Below, piece after piece: positions 1 through 9,407 of a DNA stretch of 64,000 nucleotides. The notes beneath the pieces were generated by a model, which had not been told where the DNA came from, searched no databases, and was given only the letters and a program-made list of their open reading frames with translations. Source of the DNA: an uncultured Chryseobacterium sp. (GTDB taxonomy: Bacteria; Bacteroidota; Bacteroidia; Flavobacteriales_D; Crocinitomicaceae); contig CAZAVP010000009.1 of NCBI GenBank assembly GCA_964488745.1, positions 15,729-79,728 of the forward strand. The letters run 5' to 3'. The number at the start of each line of letters is the position of its first letter. Positions within the stretch are counted from its first letter, which is position 1. The position numbers and the translations under genes were made by a program.

Positions 1-842
1 TTTTGAGCTTTATTTCCGTGAATTGCCATTGCAGTAATGTTGTGTTTCAACAACATTTTCACCACTTTATCAGCGCCGTGCTTTGTCCGTGTAAAAACCA
101 AAACCGATTCAATATCAGGATTATCCAAGAGGTGAACCAATAACGCGTTTTTATTTTCTTTATCTACAAAAAATAATTCTTGTTCAATCGTTTCGGCAGT
201 TGTAGATTCTGGAGTAACTTCTACTTTATCCGGATTGTGTAAAATCGTACCAGCCAGTTCAACAATTGTTGGAGCCATCGTTGCAGAGAAAAACAATGAT
301 TGACGTTTGGTTGGAATTACCTTCAACAAACGTTTTACGTCGTGAATGAATCCCATATCCAACATTCTGTCGGCTTCGTCTAAAACAAAAATTTCCAAAT
401 GTTGCAAAGAAATCTCTCCTTGAGAAATCAAATCCAATAGTCTTCCTGGAGTTGCTACCAAAACATCCACACCATTTTTCAAGCGGTTGACTTGTGGGTT
501 TTGATTCACACCACCAAAAATAACGGTGTTTTGGATGTCTAATTCTGTACTGTATGCCGTTAAGTTTTCGCCTATTTGAATGGCGAGCTCACGGGTTGGT
601 GTAACGATTAACGCTCTAATTTTCTTTTGATTCCCGCGACGAACGTCTTTTGCCAAGTGCATTAAAATTGGAATAGAAAACGCTGCCGTTTTTCCGGTGC
701 CTGTTTGCGCACAAGCCAATAAATCTCCTCCTTTAATTACGATTGGGATTGCTTGTTCTTGAATGGGTGTTGGGTTGGTATATCCTTGTGTTTTAAGTGC
801 CTTAAGGATAGGTGCACTGATGTTTAATTCTTCAAAGGTCAT
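1..842 (-). CDS. DEAD-box ATP-dependent RNA helicase, C-terminus runs off the window edge
   Basis: My reverse translation from ATG at 842: [21 protein letters not shown]. Motifs [11 protein letters not shown] (Walker A), VLDEADRML (DEAD) and SAT are present. Open to position 1. Confidence 0.9.
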   Translation of the reverse strand, partial: MTFEELNISAPILKALKTQGYTNPTPIQEQAIPIVIKGGDLLACAQTGTGKTAAFSIPILMHLAKDVRRGNQKKIRALIVTPTRELAIQIGENLTAYSTELDIQNTVIFGGVNQNPQVNRLKNGVDVLVATPGRLLDLISQGEISLQHLEIFVLDEADRMLDMGFIHDVKRLLKVIPTKRQSLFFSATMAPTIVELAGTILHNPDKVEVTPESTTAETIEQELFFVDKENKNALLVHLLDNPDIESVLVFTRTKHGADKVVKMLLKHNITAMAIHGNKAQ

Positions 843-981
843 AAATTCTGTGTGGAGCACTTTGGATGAAAAATGAATAAAGTGCTCATTAAGCTACAAA
901 GTAACGACAAATAAACGGATTATGCAATTGACAAAGGAAATGGGAAGCGGCAGAGAGATCTAAAAAGGATTTTTAATCCAC

Positions 982-1013
982 AAAAAAACCGTAAGACTGT
1001 GTGGTCTTACGGT
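982..1013 (-). terminator. Rho-independent terminator downstream of the 1047..1400 gene
   Basis: 10-bp stem accgtaagac/gtcttacggt (988-997/1004-1013) with a 6-nt loop. The A7 run at 982-988 is a T-run on the minus strand. Confidence 0.7.
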
Positions 1014-1046
1014 TTAAAATAGCACATTTGAAGTTATTGCTTAGAG

Positions 1047-1400
1047 TTAATCTTCCTCATCTTCCTCATCTTCTTCGGCGACGTCGTAATCTTCCTCTTC
1101 CTCGTCCTCAACATCATCTTCAACGTCTTTAACGTCCACAGCTACTTCTTCGAAATCATCATCTTCGTCGTCATCGTCTTCATCAGCAACAGCTTTGATT
1201 GGTTTCACAACAGGTTTGTTGAGTTTAATCAAATAAATTACTTCTTCTGTTTCCCACAAAAGTGCATCTAAGATTTCACCTGTTGGTGTTTTAATCTGTG
1301 TCATTCCCTCACTGAAACCATCCGGGAATGCGATTGAAAGTTGTTTTTTTTGATCAATTGTTAGTTTGTCGTAGCTAACAATCGCACGCTTTTTTGTCAT
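1047..1400 (-). CDS. Hypothetical protein with a poly-acidic C-terminal tail
   Basis: 117-aa ORF. The last ~45 residues are almost entirely D/E. It sits 6 nt downstream of, and co-oriented with, the 1407..1715 ORF. Confidence 0.55.
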   Translation of the reverse strand: MTKKRAIVSYDKLTIDQKKQLSIAFPDGFSEGMTQIKTPTGEILDALLWETEEVIYLIKLNKPVVKPIKAVADEDDDDEDDDFEEVAVDVKDVEDDVEDEEEEDYDVAEEDEEDEED

Positions 1401-1406
1401 AATTAC

Positions 1407-1715
1407 TTATATTTCTAGTTTAAGTATTCTATTTATAGGTAGTACGGTATGTTGTTTCAGTACAATTGCGGTGTCTGTCACAGCCCAAATTGTTGTATCT
1501 ACTCGTTTTTCTCCTTCATCATCTACAAAATAAATTCGCACTTTGTGATGTTCTAAGTTTCCGAGAGAAATTGCACGCTCAATCGAAGTAGCTCTTTCTT
1601 TACGTTCTCGTGTGCTTGTTAGAATTTCTTCAGCAGGAAAGTGAAGTAAGTTTACTTCTTCCTTTTCGATTAATTGAATGTTGGGATTGTTCATTTCACT
1701 TGAATTATATGGCAA
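1407..1715 (-). CDS. Small conserved hypothetical protein, paralog of 26744..27022
   Basis: 102 aa. Shares the block LGN-x3-HKV-x-IYF-x-D-x-EG-x-KRV-x-TTIWAV with the 92-aa ORF at 26744. Confidence 0.6.
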   Translation of the reverse strand: MPYNSSEMNNPNIQLIEKEEVNLLHFPAEEILTSTRERKERATSIERAISLGNLEHHKVRIYFVDDEGEKRVDTTIWAVTDTAIVLKQHTVLPINRILKLEI

Positions 1716-1999
1716 AAATAAATGAAAAGCTGAATTGAACGAACATTTTGAAATAAATTCATTAAAAAAATTAAAAAATATTATTATTTCCTGAACTAGA
1801 TTAAATTGTTGCCATTTTCATAACCCTTGTTATTAGTGCTTTAACCTGTTATTTTGTTGAGTTGTTGATTTGTAATTAATCTATATTAATATTGTCGTAA
1901 TCCGAATAAAATAGTTGAAAATTGAAAATAAATATCGTTGTATTGGTGCATACTTTTGATTATAAGTCAATGCGGTTTGCGAAATCGAAATAGGAAAAC

Positions 2000-3127
2000 T
2001 TAAATTTGATATCGAAATTTTAACCAGAGTTTTAACAATTTATCTTGCACTTCATAATACGGTTCATTTTCACTGCTATGGTAGAATACCATTCCTTTTT
2101 CGGCCAATGCTTCCAAGGATCGCTTTACGCCAGAGGCTGTAAAGCTGTGTTTTTTGACAAATGCTTTGGAATATGGTTTAGCTACTTTTTCTTCAATTGC
2201 GATTGCAATCAATAATTCCCACTGAGCAGGGGTTAAGAGACTTCTGTATTGGTAAAAAATCATCTCATTTTCCAATAAAATATACTGGATAACTTGATGT
2301 GCTTCTTCGATTCCAACTTTTCTAAATTTGGATGCGTACAATTCATGAAATATTTTTTGAACAAAATAAGTATGCGTATTGGTTTTATCTAAAACATAGG
2401 TTATGGCGCGCTCTTCGATTATTACTTTCTTTTTGTCAAATTGGTATTTACAAAATTCGATGTACTTTGAAGCTTCAATTTTTTGAAGTGACATATTGGA
2501 ACAACTGGCATAAAATGGACGTTTTGAATTGTTGAAAATCTCATTCATCAAATGTTGATGACTTCCACAGAATATAAATTGAACGTTTTTTAAACTTTGT
2601 ATACAAGATCTTAAAATGGCTTCTACGTTCTTTTCAGGATAGGATAGTATCTGTTGGAATTCATCAAAAGCAATGACAAATTTTATTTCCTGTTCATCCA
2701 GATAGGTTAATAGTTGAGGAACAGTTCTTTCGATGCTTTGACTTCTGGTGATGTCCAACGTTACCTCTAAGTTTCCAGTTAGCTCATTCATGGAAATAAT
2801 TGGACGTAACAGTTTGATTTTTTCTAAGAACAGCTGGCCTTTTTTCTTTTTTTGGTAGGTCTGATAGATTGAATTTGCCAATAAATCTGTAAGATCTTTT
2901 AGATTTAAACTTGGAAATAAATCGATGTAAATACAGTTGTAATCTTCTTTTTTTAAATAAAAAACTTGTTTTATCAACGCGGATTTTCCGATTCTTCGTT
3001 GCGCAAATAGTGCTGTATTTGTTTGATTTTCAATATTTTTAATTAAGAGCAACGTTTCTTCTTCTCTGTCGCAAAAATATTCTGGACTGATGTAGTTATT
3101 AATTAAAAAAGGATTCAGAGTTACCAT
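2000..3127 (-). CDS. AAA-type ATPase with a C-terminal winged-helix-like region (archaeal-ATPase/DUF234-like architecture)
   Basis: 375 aa. FCDREEE...QRRIGKSALIKQ is the Walker A context and VIAFDEFQ is the Walker B. The tail reads GVKRSLEALAEKGMV. Confidence 0.7.
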   Translation of the reverse strand: MVTLNPFLINNYISPEYFCDREEETLLLIKNIENQTNTALFAQRRIGKSALIKQVFYLKKEDYNCIYIDLFPSLNLKDLTDLLANSIYQTYQKKKKGQLFLEKIKLLRPIISMNELTGNLEVTLDITRSQSIERTVPQLLTYLDEQEIKFVIAFDEFQQILSYPEKNVEAILRSCIQSLKNVQFIFCGSHQHLMNEIFNNSKRPFYASCSNMSLQKIEASKYIEFCKYQFDKKKVIIEERAITYVLDKTNTHTYFVQKIFHELYASKFRKVGIEEAHQVIQYILLENEMIFYQYRSLLTPAQWELLIAIAIEEKVAKPYSKAFVKKHSFTASGVKRSLEALAEKGMVFYHSSENEPYYEVQDKLLKLWLKFRYQI

Positions 3128-3217
3128 ATATCAAATTCTTTCATCACAAATTTACAAAACTTTTTGTGTTATACAAAATGTATAATTCAAAATGTATAAT
3201 TTTAAAACATTGATAAA

Positions 3218-3250
3218 CAAAAAAGCCTCAACTAATAAAAGTTGAGGCTT
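3218..3250 (-). terminator. Rho-independent terminator 3 nt after tRNA-Phe
   Basis: 10-bp stem aagcctcaac/gttgaggctt (3223-3232/3241-3250). The adjacent A-run is a T-run on the minus strand. Confidence 0.75.
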
Positions 3251-3253
3251 TTG

Positions 3254-3326
3254 TGGGAACGGAGGGAATCGAACCCACGACACAAGGATTTTCAGTCCTT
3301 TGCTCTACCGACTGAGCTACGTTCCC
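3254..3326 (-). tRNA. tRNA-Phe (anticodon GAA)
   Basis: Manual cloverleaf. Acceptor GGGAACG/CGTTCCC, D arm GCTC-AGTCGGTA-GAGC, anticodon arm AAGGA-CTGAAAA-TCCTT, T arm GTGGG-TTCGATT-CCCTC with one U.U mismatch. Discriminator is A and no CCA is encoded. Confidence 0.9.
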
Positions 3327-3406
3327 GCCTTATTTGAGGTGCAAAGGTAATAACTTTTTTTTAACCTCAAAGTGTTTATTTATTTATTTTATGTTTTTTT
3401 TCAATG

Positions 3407-3414
3407 TATCTTTG
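3407..3414 (+). promoter_or_regulatory. Bacteroidota -7 promoter box TAnnTTTG (TATCTTTG) upstream of coaX
   Basis: Exact octamer TATCTTTG ends 5 nt before the coaX ATG at 3420. Confidence 0.45.
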
Positions 3415-3419
3415 TGGCG

Positions 3420-4151
3420 ATGGAAAAAAAGAAACGTTTCTTAGTCATTGATGCTGGAAATTCACGTATTAAAATGGGAATTTACAATCAGACTGAAATG
3501 GTTGATAACCTTGTTTTTACGAATGATGAATTGCCTAAGATGAAGTCCTTTTTATCGGGGAATCGTTTTGATGGTGCGATCATCTCTTCCGTTCGATCAA
3601 AAAAAGACACGCAATGGATGCTTCAATTGGTTCAGGGGGCGAAATTATTCCAAACGTTAAAAGATATTCCCCTTAAAGTGGATTACGATACACCAGAAAC
3701 ATTGGGTGCTGATCGCATCGCGAATGCTATTGGAGCGTATTCGATTAGCAAAAACACGTGTTTGGTGGTTGATATTGGCACATGCATCAAGTTTGATTTG
3801 GTAGGTTCGGAGGGTACGTACTTAGGCGGTTCAATTTCTCCCGGTTTAAGAATGAGATATCGCGCAATGAATGAGTTTACGGCTGGATTACCTTTGGTAA
3901 ATAATTTCAAACCTGCAAAATTAATCGGCAAATCTACCGTTGATTGTATGCACATCGGTGTGATGCGCGGTATGCAAGCGGAATTAGATGCTTTCATTAA
4001 AAGTTATGTGGCTGATTTTCAATATTTAGACATATTTATAACGGGCGGAGATGCGCATTACTTTGATTTCGATTCAAAAAACAACATCTTTGTCAACGAA
4101 AACATAACCATTCATGGTTTATTTATTACATTACAAGCACATGCAAATTAA
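3420..4151 (+). CDS. coaX: Type III pantothenate kinase
   Basis: FLVIDAGNSRIK, GADRIANAIGA, VVDIGTCIKFD and GGSISPG motifs. Start moved to MEKKKRF because the 3372 GTG extension is hydrophobic junk. Confidence 0.9.
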   Translation: MEKKKRFLVIDAGNSRIKMGIYNQTEMVDNLVFTNDELPKMKSFLSGNRFDGAIISSVRSKKDTQWMLQLVQGAKLFQTLKDIPLKVDYDTPETLGADRIANAIGAYSISKNTCLVVDIGTCIKFDLVGSEGTYLGGSISPGLRMRYRAMNEFTAGLPLVNNFKPAKLIGKSTVDCMHIGVMRGMQAELDAFIKSYVADFQYLDIFITGGDAHYFDFDSKNNIFVNENITIHGLFITLQAHAN

Positions 4152-5484
4152 ACTATTAAGTATTTTTATTGTTGGTTTTTCTCTTTTTTCAAGTGCACAA
4201 AAAACTGCAAATTCTCCCTACAGTTCTTACGGAATAGGTGAATATGGAGGATTAGACCACGCAACTTTTAGCGGAATGGGAAACAACTCGGTTGCTTTCA
4301 TAGATTCGGTAACGCTCAACTACAACAATCCTTCATCGTATTCATTCTTAGGAATAGGTCAGCCTTTATTCTCCACGGGAATCTCTGCTCGTTTTTCTGA
4401 TTTTAAATCGGGTAGTGGACATTATAACACCAAATACATTGGAATCAATCATTTTGCCATTGGTATTCCTTTCGCGAAACATTTCGGTATGGCGGCAGGT
4501 TTAAAACCTTTCTCCCGGACAGGATATGATTTTAGAGATTCTGAAATCATAGGAAATCAAGAAATGAAATATGCTTATCGAGGTTCAGGTGGAACCAATG
4601 AACTCTTTTTTGGGTTTTCAGCAGCCCTTTTTAACATCAAAGGTCATCGCTTAGGAATCGGAGCAAATGTTGGTTATGTTTTTGGTTCTACGGTAAATGA
4701 GCGAATCTCTTACTTGAATACTTCTAGTGTGGCAAGTGGCGGAATCGATAATCAAGGCTATACATTCAATGCTGTAAACCTTGATTTTGGAATGAATTAT
4801 TTATGGAAAGTTACTCCAAATTCTTCCCTTATCATCGGCGGAGTTTATACTCCTAACTTGAAATTTGCGGTTAAAAGAAATGAGTTTTTAGCGTATGCCT
4901 TGGATGTTGCAAACCCGAATAGTTACACCTATTTGTTTGAGAATAATGACAAAGGAACGATTGGAATGCCTTCAACCATCGGTGTGGGTGTGAATTATGT
5001 TACACGACCAAAAAGTTTGGAAAACAGAACGAAGATCTATGAACTTTCGATCAACGGGGAGGTTAAGATAATGGATTGGTCCAATTATGAAACTTCTTTT
5101 TCTGGCGTAACAACACGAAGTGATTTTGAAAATACCATCCGATATGGAATCGGACTTCAGTTTGTGCCTCACTATAATTTCCTAGAACGTACAGGAGGCT
5201 CCAAATACATTAACCGAATCCGTTACCGTGCTGGATTTAATTATGCTACCTTGCCCATTGCAGTGATGAACAAGCAGCAAACAGACGTCGCGGTTACAGC
5301 GGGATTTGGATTCCCGATTGCGATTCAACGATCTTCTTCTTCGGTTAATGTTGGTTTCGCTTTAGGAAAAAGAGGAGATGGGTCTGCGACAACAGTGAAT
5401 GAAAGTTATTTAGGGATCAACTTCGGAGTAACCATTTCTCCAGGTGTAAACGACCGTTGGTTTAGAAGATTTAAAATTGATTAA
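4141..5484 (+). CDS. Putative outer-membrane beta-barrel protein
   Basis: Signal peptide MQIKLLSIFIVGFSLFSSAQ. Alternating, G/Y/F/N-rich composition and a C-terminal aromatic residue context. Family not recognised. Confidence 0.5.
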   Translation: MQIKLLSIFIVGFSLFSSAQKTANSPYSSYGIGEYGGLDHATFSGMGNNSVAFIDSVTLNYNNPSSYSFLGIGQPLFSTGISARFSDFKSGSGHYNTKYIGINHFAIGIPFAKHFGMAAGLKPFSRTGYDFRDSEIIGNQEMKYAYRGSGGTNELFFGFSAALFNIKGHRLGIGANVGYVFGSTVNERISYLNTSSVASGGIDNQGYTFNAVNLDFGMNYLWKVTPNSSLIIGGVYTPNLKFAVKRNEFLAYALDVANPNSYTYLFENNDKGTIGMPSTIGVGVNYVTRPKSLENRTKIYELSINGEVKIMDWSNYETSFSGVTTRSDFENTIRYGIGLQFVPHYNFLERTGGSKYINRIRYRAGFNYATLPIAVMNKQQTDVAVTAGFGFPIAIQRSSSSVNVGFALGKRGDGSATTVNESYLGINFGVTISPGVNDRWFRRFKID

Positions 5485-5498
5485 ACAGAAGGATTGGA

Positions 5499-6053
5499 AT
5501 GAAAAAGAAGTTTGATTTCGTTTTTATACTGATAATTTTTCTTTCTTTATTTGTTCTCACTTCGTGCGTGAATGATTTAGACACCATTCGAAAAATAACG
5601 TATAAATCAACTGATCCAGATGATCGAACACGTGACTTAGTTGTGCTATACACCGACAGTGGTTATGCTAAAGTACAGGTGTTTGCTAAAATTGCGGAGA
5701 CTTATTCGAAGCCAATACAAGTGATGAAACTGAAGGATGGGGTGAAAGTGAATTTCTTTTCTGAAGACGGAGAAATCGTATCTGTTTTAACTGCTTTATA
5801 TGGCGAAGTTCATCAAAACGATGGAACCATGTTTGTTCGTGATTCAGTTGTTTTACTCAACCTGGAAAAAAAACAACGCTTAGAAACGGAGGAATTGCAT
5901 TGGAATCAAAAAGACTCATCCATTTATACCAACAAAGCCGTTGTAGTTCGGAAAGATCATGCAATTCTCTTTGGTCAAGGGATAAAAACCAAACAAGATT
6001 TTACAGAATATGAATTCATGCAACCAAGAGGAAGTATGGAAATAAACAAATAA
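5499..6053 (+). CDS. lptC: LptC-like lipoprotein (LPS export periplasmic component), tentative
   Basis: Lipobox LTSC. The size of 184 aa and an OstA/LptC-like beta-jellyroll pattern (LHWNQKDSSIYTNKAVVV...ILFGQG) fit LptC. Confidence 0.45.
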   Translation: MKKKFDFVFILIIFLSLFVLTSCVNDLDTIRKITYKSTDPDDRTRDLVVLYTDSGYAKVQVFAKIAETYSKPIQVMKLKDGVKVNFFSEDGEIVSVLTALYGEVHQNDGTMFVRDSVVLLNLEKKQRLETEELHWNQKDSSIYTNKAVVVRKDHAILFGQGIKTKQDFTEYEFMQPRGSMEINK

Positions 6054-6057
6054 CAAA

Positions 6058-6279
6058 ATGAAAACATATAACAATTTAATGCTTTATTTTTGGATGGCTA
6101 TGGGAATCGTAACTACGGTTTCTGTAACTTATTTTGGGATTAAAGAAGGGTTTGATCGTTGGTATCACTTTTATTTATTTGCGATCATTGCTTTTTTAAT
6201 GTACTTTCTTCGTCGCACGATGATGAAAAGAATGGAAAAACATCAGAAATTTCTGGAAGACCAAAAAAATAATCAATAA
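6058..6279 (+). CDS. Small two-TM membrane protein
   Basis: 73-aa ORF with two hydrophobic spans and a basic tail, tightly spaced after the upstream gene. Confidence 0.4.
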   Translation: MKTYNNLMLYFWMAMGIVTTVSVTYFGIKEGFDRWYHFYLFAIIAFLMYFLRRTMMKRMEKHQKFLEDQKNNQ

Positions 6280-6308
6280 TTCGCTCTAACAAATCCCTAA
6301 AAATATTC

Positions 6309-8780
6309 ATGAATCTCGCTAGTAAGTTTTTACTGCTTTTTTTCTTATGTATTTCAGTAGGCTTGCAAGCACAGCATTCCTTGAAAGGGAAAGTTGTGGA
6401 TGAACGGAACGTCTCTATTCCTTTTGCGACTGTTTACGTTAAAAACAATAGCGAATTGCGAACAGTAGCCAATGTTAATGGTGAATATGAAATGCGCTTA
6501 TTGAATGGTGAATATTTTTTAGTTTTTTCCGCTTCGGGTTATGAAGATCGAGAATCGTATGTGACGATTTCCAATGGCGATGTGAAACGAAATATCCAAC
6601 TATTCCCAATTATAGTTGAAGAGTTAGAGGAATTTGACTTTGTTGTTAAAAGAACAAATCCTGGTCGCGACATCATCATGAAAGTGGTCGAACATCGGGA
6701 GAAAATTAATCCTTGGGCTATTCCACATTCGGTTGATGTTTACATCAAGGCCACCGAGAAAATTACCCGAACAGGAAAGAAAGCAAAGAAAAACGATGAG
6801 GGAGAGCCGATAGATCCATTTGAAAATGGGGAAATGAGTCAGGGCACAACAGACAATGACATCAATTTTTTGGAAACAAAACTTCAACGAAATTTTTCTC
6901 CACCAAATAAAGTAAAAGAATACCGCAATGCATATACGCTGAGGGGAAACGATAAACAACTTTATTATACCACAACTTCTAAATCCAATTTCGATTTTTT
7001 TCAAAACTTGATGTATCTAAACGATTTACATCAAACGCCAATCATGTCACCAATTTCTAATCCAGGATCAATTTCTTATAAATACCGATTGGAAGCACAG
7101 TACCTGGAGGATGGTCAAAAAATTCATAAAATTAAAATCATTCCTCGTTCGTCCTCTACTTCAACATTGTCAGGGTATATTTATGTAATTGATTCTATTT
7201 GGATGATTCAAAAATTGGATTTAACCTTATCCAAAGGAAATTTATTGAGATACGACTATTTTCAAATTCAACAAACATACAGTCACCCTGGTGATACTTT
7301 AAATGTTTTGACCAGTCAAATATTTACCTACGGAAACAAATTTAAAGATGAGATTTCAGAATGCCAGACGGTAGCAAGTTTTACGAATTACTTCTTTAAT
7401 CCGCAATTTTCAATGAAATTCTTCGGAAATGAAGTTTCAGTTACCGAAAAAGAAGCATATAAAAAAGATTCCGTCTTTTGGACTGGCGCCAGAACGACTG
7501 CATTAACGGAAGAAGAAAAAAAAATCATTCTCTTTAAAGATAGTATTCGCGATCGTGTCAATCAAAAAGAATACATCGACTCTGTTGACCGCGCTTTTAA
7601 TAAAGTTACCTTCTGGAAAGTAGTTTGGTTTGGAATTGATCATCGAAATCGAGCGAAGAAAATTCAGTGGACAATCAACTCAATTGCAGCTTCATCACGA
7701 CCAATATATGTCGCGGGTCCACGAGCAGCGCCAGGGTTTAGTTTTTTCAAAAAATGGGAAAATGAGAAGTACGTTGATTCTTATACCGAACTTTCATACG
7801 GATTCAAAAACAACGACCTCAAAGGTAGAACGAGTTGGAAATACAGATACGATCCATTCAGGCAAGGATCCATTGGAGCTTTTTTCTCACACGATTTTGA
7901 AGCCATTCGCAGTTACGATGCGATTTCACAAATTTTTAAACGGTCTAACTTTATTGAAGCAACGCAATTGCGTTTGTCGTATGACCTCGAACTTTTTAAT
8001 GGATTTTACATCAATCCCGAAGTCCAATTCATAGAACGTAGGACTTTGAAAGGATATAAATTTGTTGAGATTTTAGACAGTGTTTTAAACAACGATCAAC
8101 CGAGCGATTTTGAATCCTACCAAGCCGCGATTGCCAATATTACAATCAGTTATACACCTGGACAAAAATACATGCGTGAGCCAAATCGAAAAGTGATATT
8201 AGGTTCCCGATGGCCTACATTTTATGGTTATTATGAGAAAGGATTACCAAATGTTTTCGGAAGCGATGTAGATCACGATTATTTATTGTTCGGAATCAGA
8301 CAAACCTTTAAGATTGGAACAATCGGAACTTCGAGTTATCACATCAAAGGAGGACAATTTCTCAATACCCGTTCGCTCAAGGATGCAGACATGAAATTTA
8401 ATCGACGAAGTGATTTCTTATGGTTTTCCAATCCGCTATATTCTTTTCAAGGATTGTATACACTTTTGCCTACAAGTAGAACAATTTATGAAGGACACAT
8501 CATTCACCACGACAATGGTTCAATCCTCAATAAAATTCCATTCATGAAAAAGACCGGAATTGGTTTGGCGTTTGGAGCTGGGGCGCTGTATGTTACTGAA
8601 TATAAATGGCAGCATTATGAAATATTAGGTGGTTTAGAACGGAATTTTAAATTCTCTAAACGGCGCTTGCGAATCGGAGTTTATTGTGCTTTATCAACCG
8701 GAAACAACCTCAAACCTCGAACAGATTTTAAAATCTCTTTCGCTGTCTTGGATGACAGAAGTATGAAATGGAATTTCTAA
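6309..8780 (+). CDS. Carboxypeptidase-regulatory-like domain plus large beta-barrel-like protein (DUF5686-type architecture)
   Basis: Signal peptide, then LKGKVVDERNVSIPFATVYV (CarboxypepD_reg-like). 823 aa, aromatic C-terminus. Confidence 0.65.
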   Translation: MNLASKFLLLFFLCISVGLQAQHSLKGKVVDERNVSIPFATVYVKNNSELRTVANVNGEYEMRLLNGEYFLVFSASGYEDRESYVTISNGDVKRNIQLFPIIVEELEEFDFVVKRTNPGRDIIMKVVEHREKINPWAIPHSVDVYIKATEKITRTGKKAKKNDEGEPIDPFENGEMSQGTTDNDINFLETKLQRNFSPPNKVKEYRNAYTLRGNDKQLYYTTTSKSNFDFFQNLMYLNDLHQTPIMSPISNPGSISYKYRLEAQYLEDGQKIHKIKIIPRSSSTSTLSGYIYVIDSIWMIQKLDLTLSKGNLLRYDYFQIQQTYSHPGDTLNVLTSQIFTYGNKFKDEISECQTVASFTNYFFNPQFSMKFFGNEVSVTEKEAYKKDSVFWTGARTTALTEEEKKIILFKDSIRDRVNQKEYIDSVDRAFNKVTFWKVVWFGIDHRNRAKKIQWTINSIAASSRPIYVAGPRAAPGFSFFKKWENEKYVDSYTELSYGFKNNDLKGRTSWKYRYDPFRQGSIGAFFSHDFEAIRSYDAISQIFKRSNFIEATQLRLSYDLELFNGFYINPEVQFIERRTLKGYKFVEILDSVLNNDQPSDFESYQAAIANITISYTPGQKYMREPNRKVILGSRWPTFYGYYEKGLPNVFGSDVDHDYLLFGIRQTFKIGTIGTSSYHIKGGQFLNTRSLKDADMKFNRRSDFLWFSNPLYSFQGLYTLLPTSRTIYEGHIIHHDNGSILNKIPFMKKTGIGLAFGAGALYVTEYKWQHYEILGGLERNFKFSKRRLRIGVYCALSTGNNLKPRTDFKISFAVLDDRSMKWNF

Positions 8781-8911
8781 GTTTTTAACAGGGACTTGCT
8801 ACTTCAGGATGATTTAACTATTTTTACTATTTAGGGTTATTTTATTGACAGTTAATCTGTTAATGGTTTAGCTCAAATTTATGATTAAAATGAATATCTA
8901 AAAATTACATT

Positions 8912-9298
8912 ATGAAAGAGATTTTAACTTTAACTTTTATTGTATTCATGAGTTTAACCACCTTTTCACAGGATGTCACATCACCAACCTATTCTTATGC
9001 ATATATTACTGTGGAGAGAAAGCCTTTTTCTAAACAACTAAAAGTAACTGTTGATTTAGGAGATACACCCGAGCAGTTAAAAACGGGAGAAAAATATTCC
9101 GAAGAATTAACGAATAAAGAATCTCAGGTTGCTATACTAAATTATATGGGAGAGCGACAGTATGAACTCATTGAAACACGTAATCGCGATCAAAATTTCA
9201 CTTTACAGCAAGGTGTTGGAAAAACATCAGAAATCAGGGGTAGTACGGCGGTTATTTTTATAATGAGAAAAAAGCAGCTCTATAAACTAGAAAGATAA
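8912..9298 (+). CDS. Hypothetical secreted protein
   Basis: 128-aa ORF with an N-terminal signal-like segment. Confidence 0.4.
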   Translation: MKEILTLTFIVFMSLTTFSQDVTSPTYSYAYITVERKPFSKQLKVTVDLGDTPEQLKTGEKYSEELTNKESQVAILNYMGERQYELIETRNRDQNFTLQQGVGKTSEIRGSTAVIFIMRKKQLYKLER

Positions 9299-9407
9299 TG
9301 CGTTTTATAGATAGTTGATTTTAACTTGTGAAAATAGAAGTAAAACGGGATTAAAGTGTGATTCCTTATTAATATGTAAATTTGCAAACAGCAATAGAAT
9401 TTAAAAC

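Noticed and set aside
3372-3419. GTG-initiated 16-codon extension of coaX.
   Set aside because: The extension is hydrophobic and non-conserved-looking, and it would contain the TATCTTTG promoter box. MEKKKRFLVIDAGN matches the family N-terminus.
7630-8034. 134-aa same-strand, alternate-frame ORF inside the 823-aa gene. Similar internal or antisense ORFs occur at 6624-7004, 28026-28418, 29190-29555, 49537-49923 and 53937-54356.
   Set aside because: All lie within longer ORFs that have clear domain signatures, and they show odd composition. They are treated as overlapping-frame artefacts.
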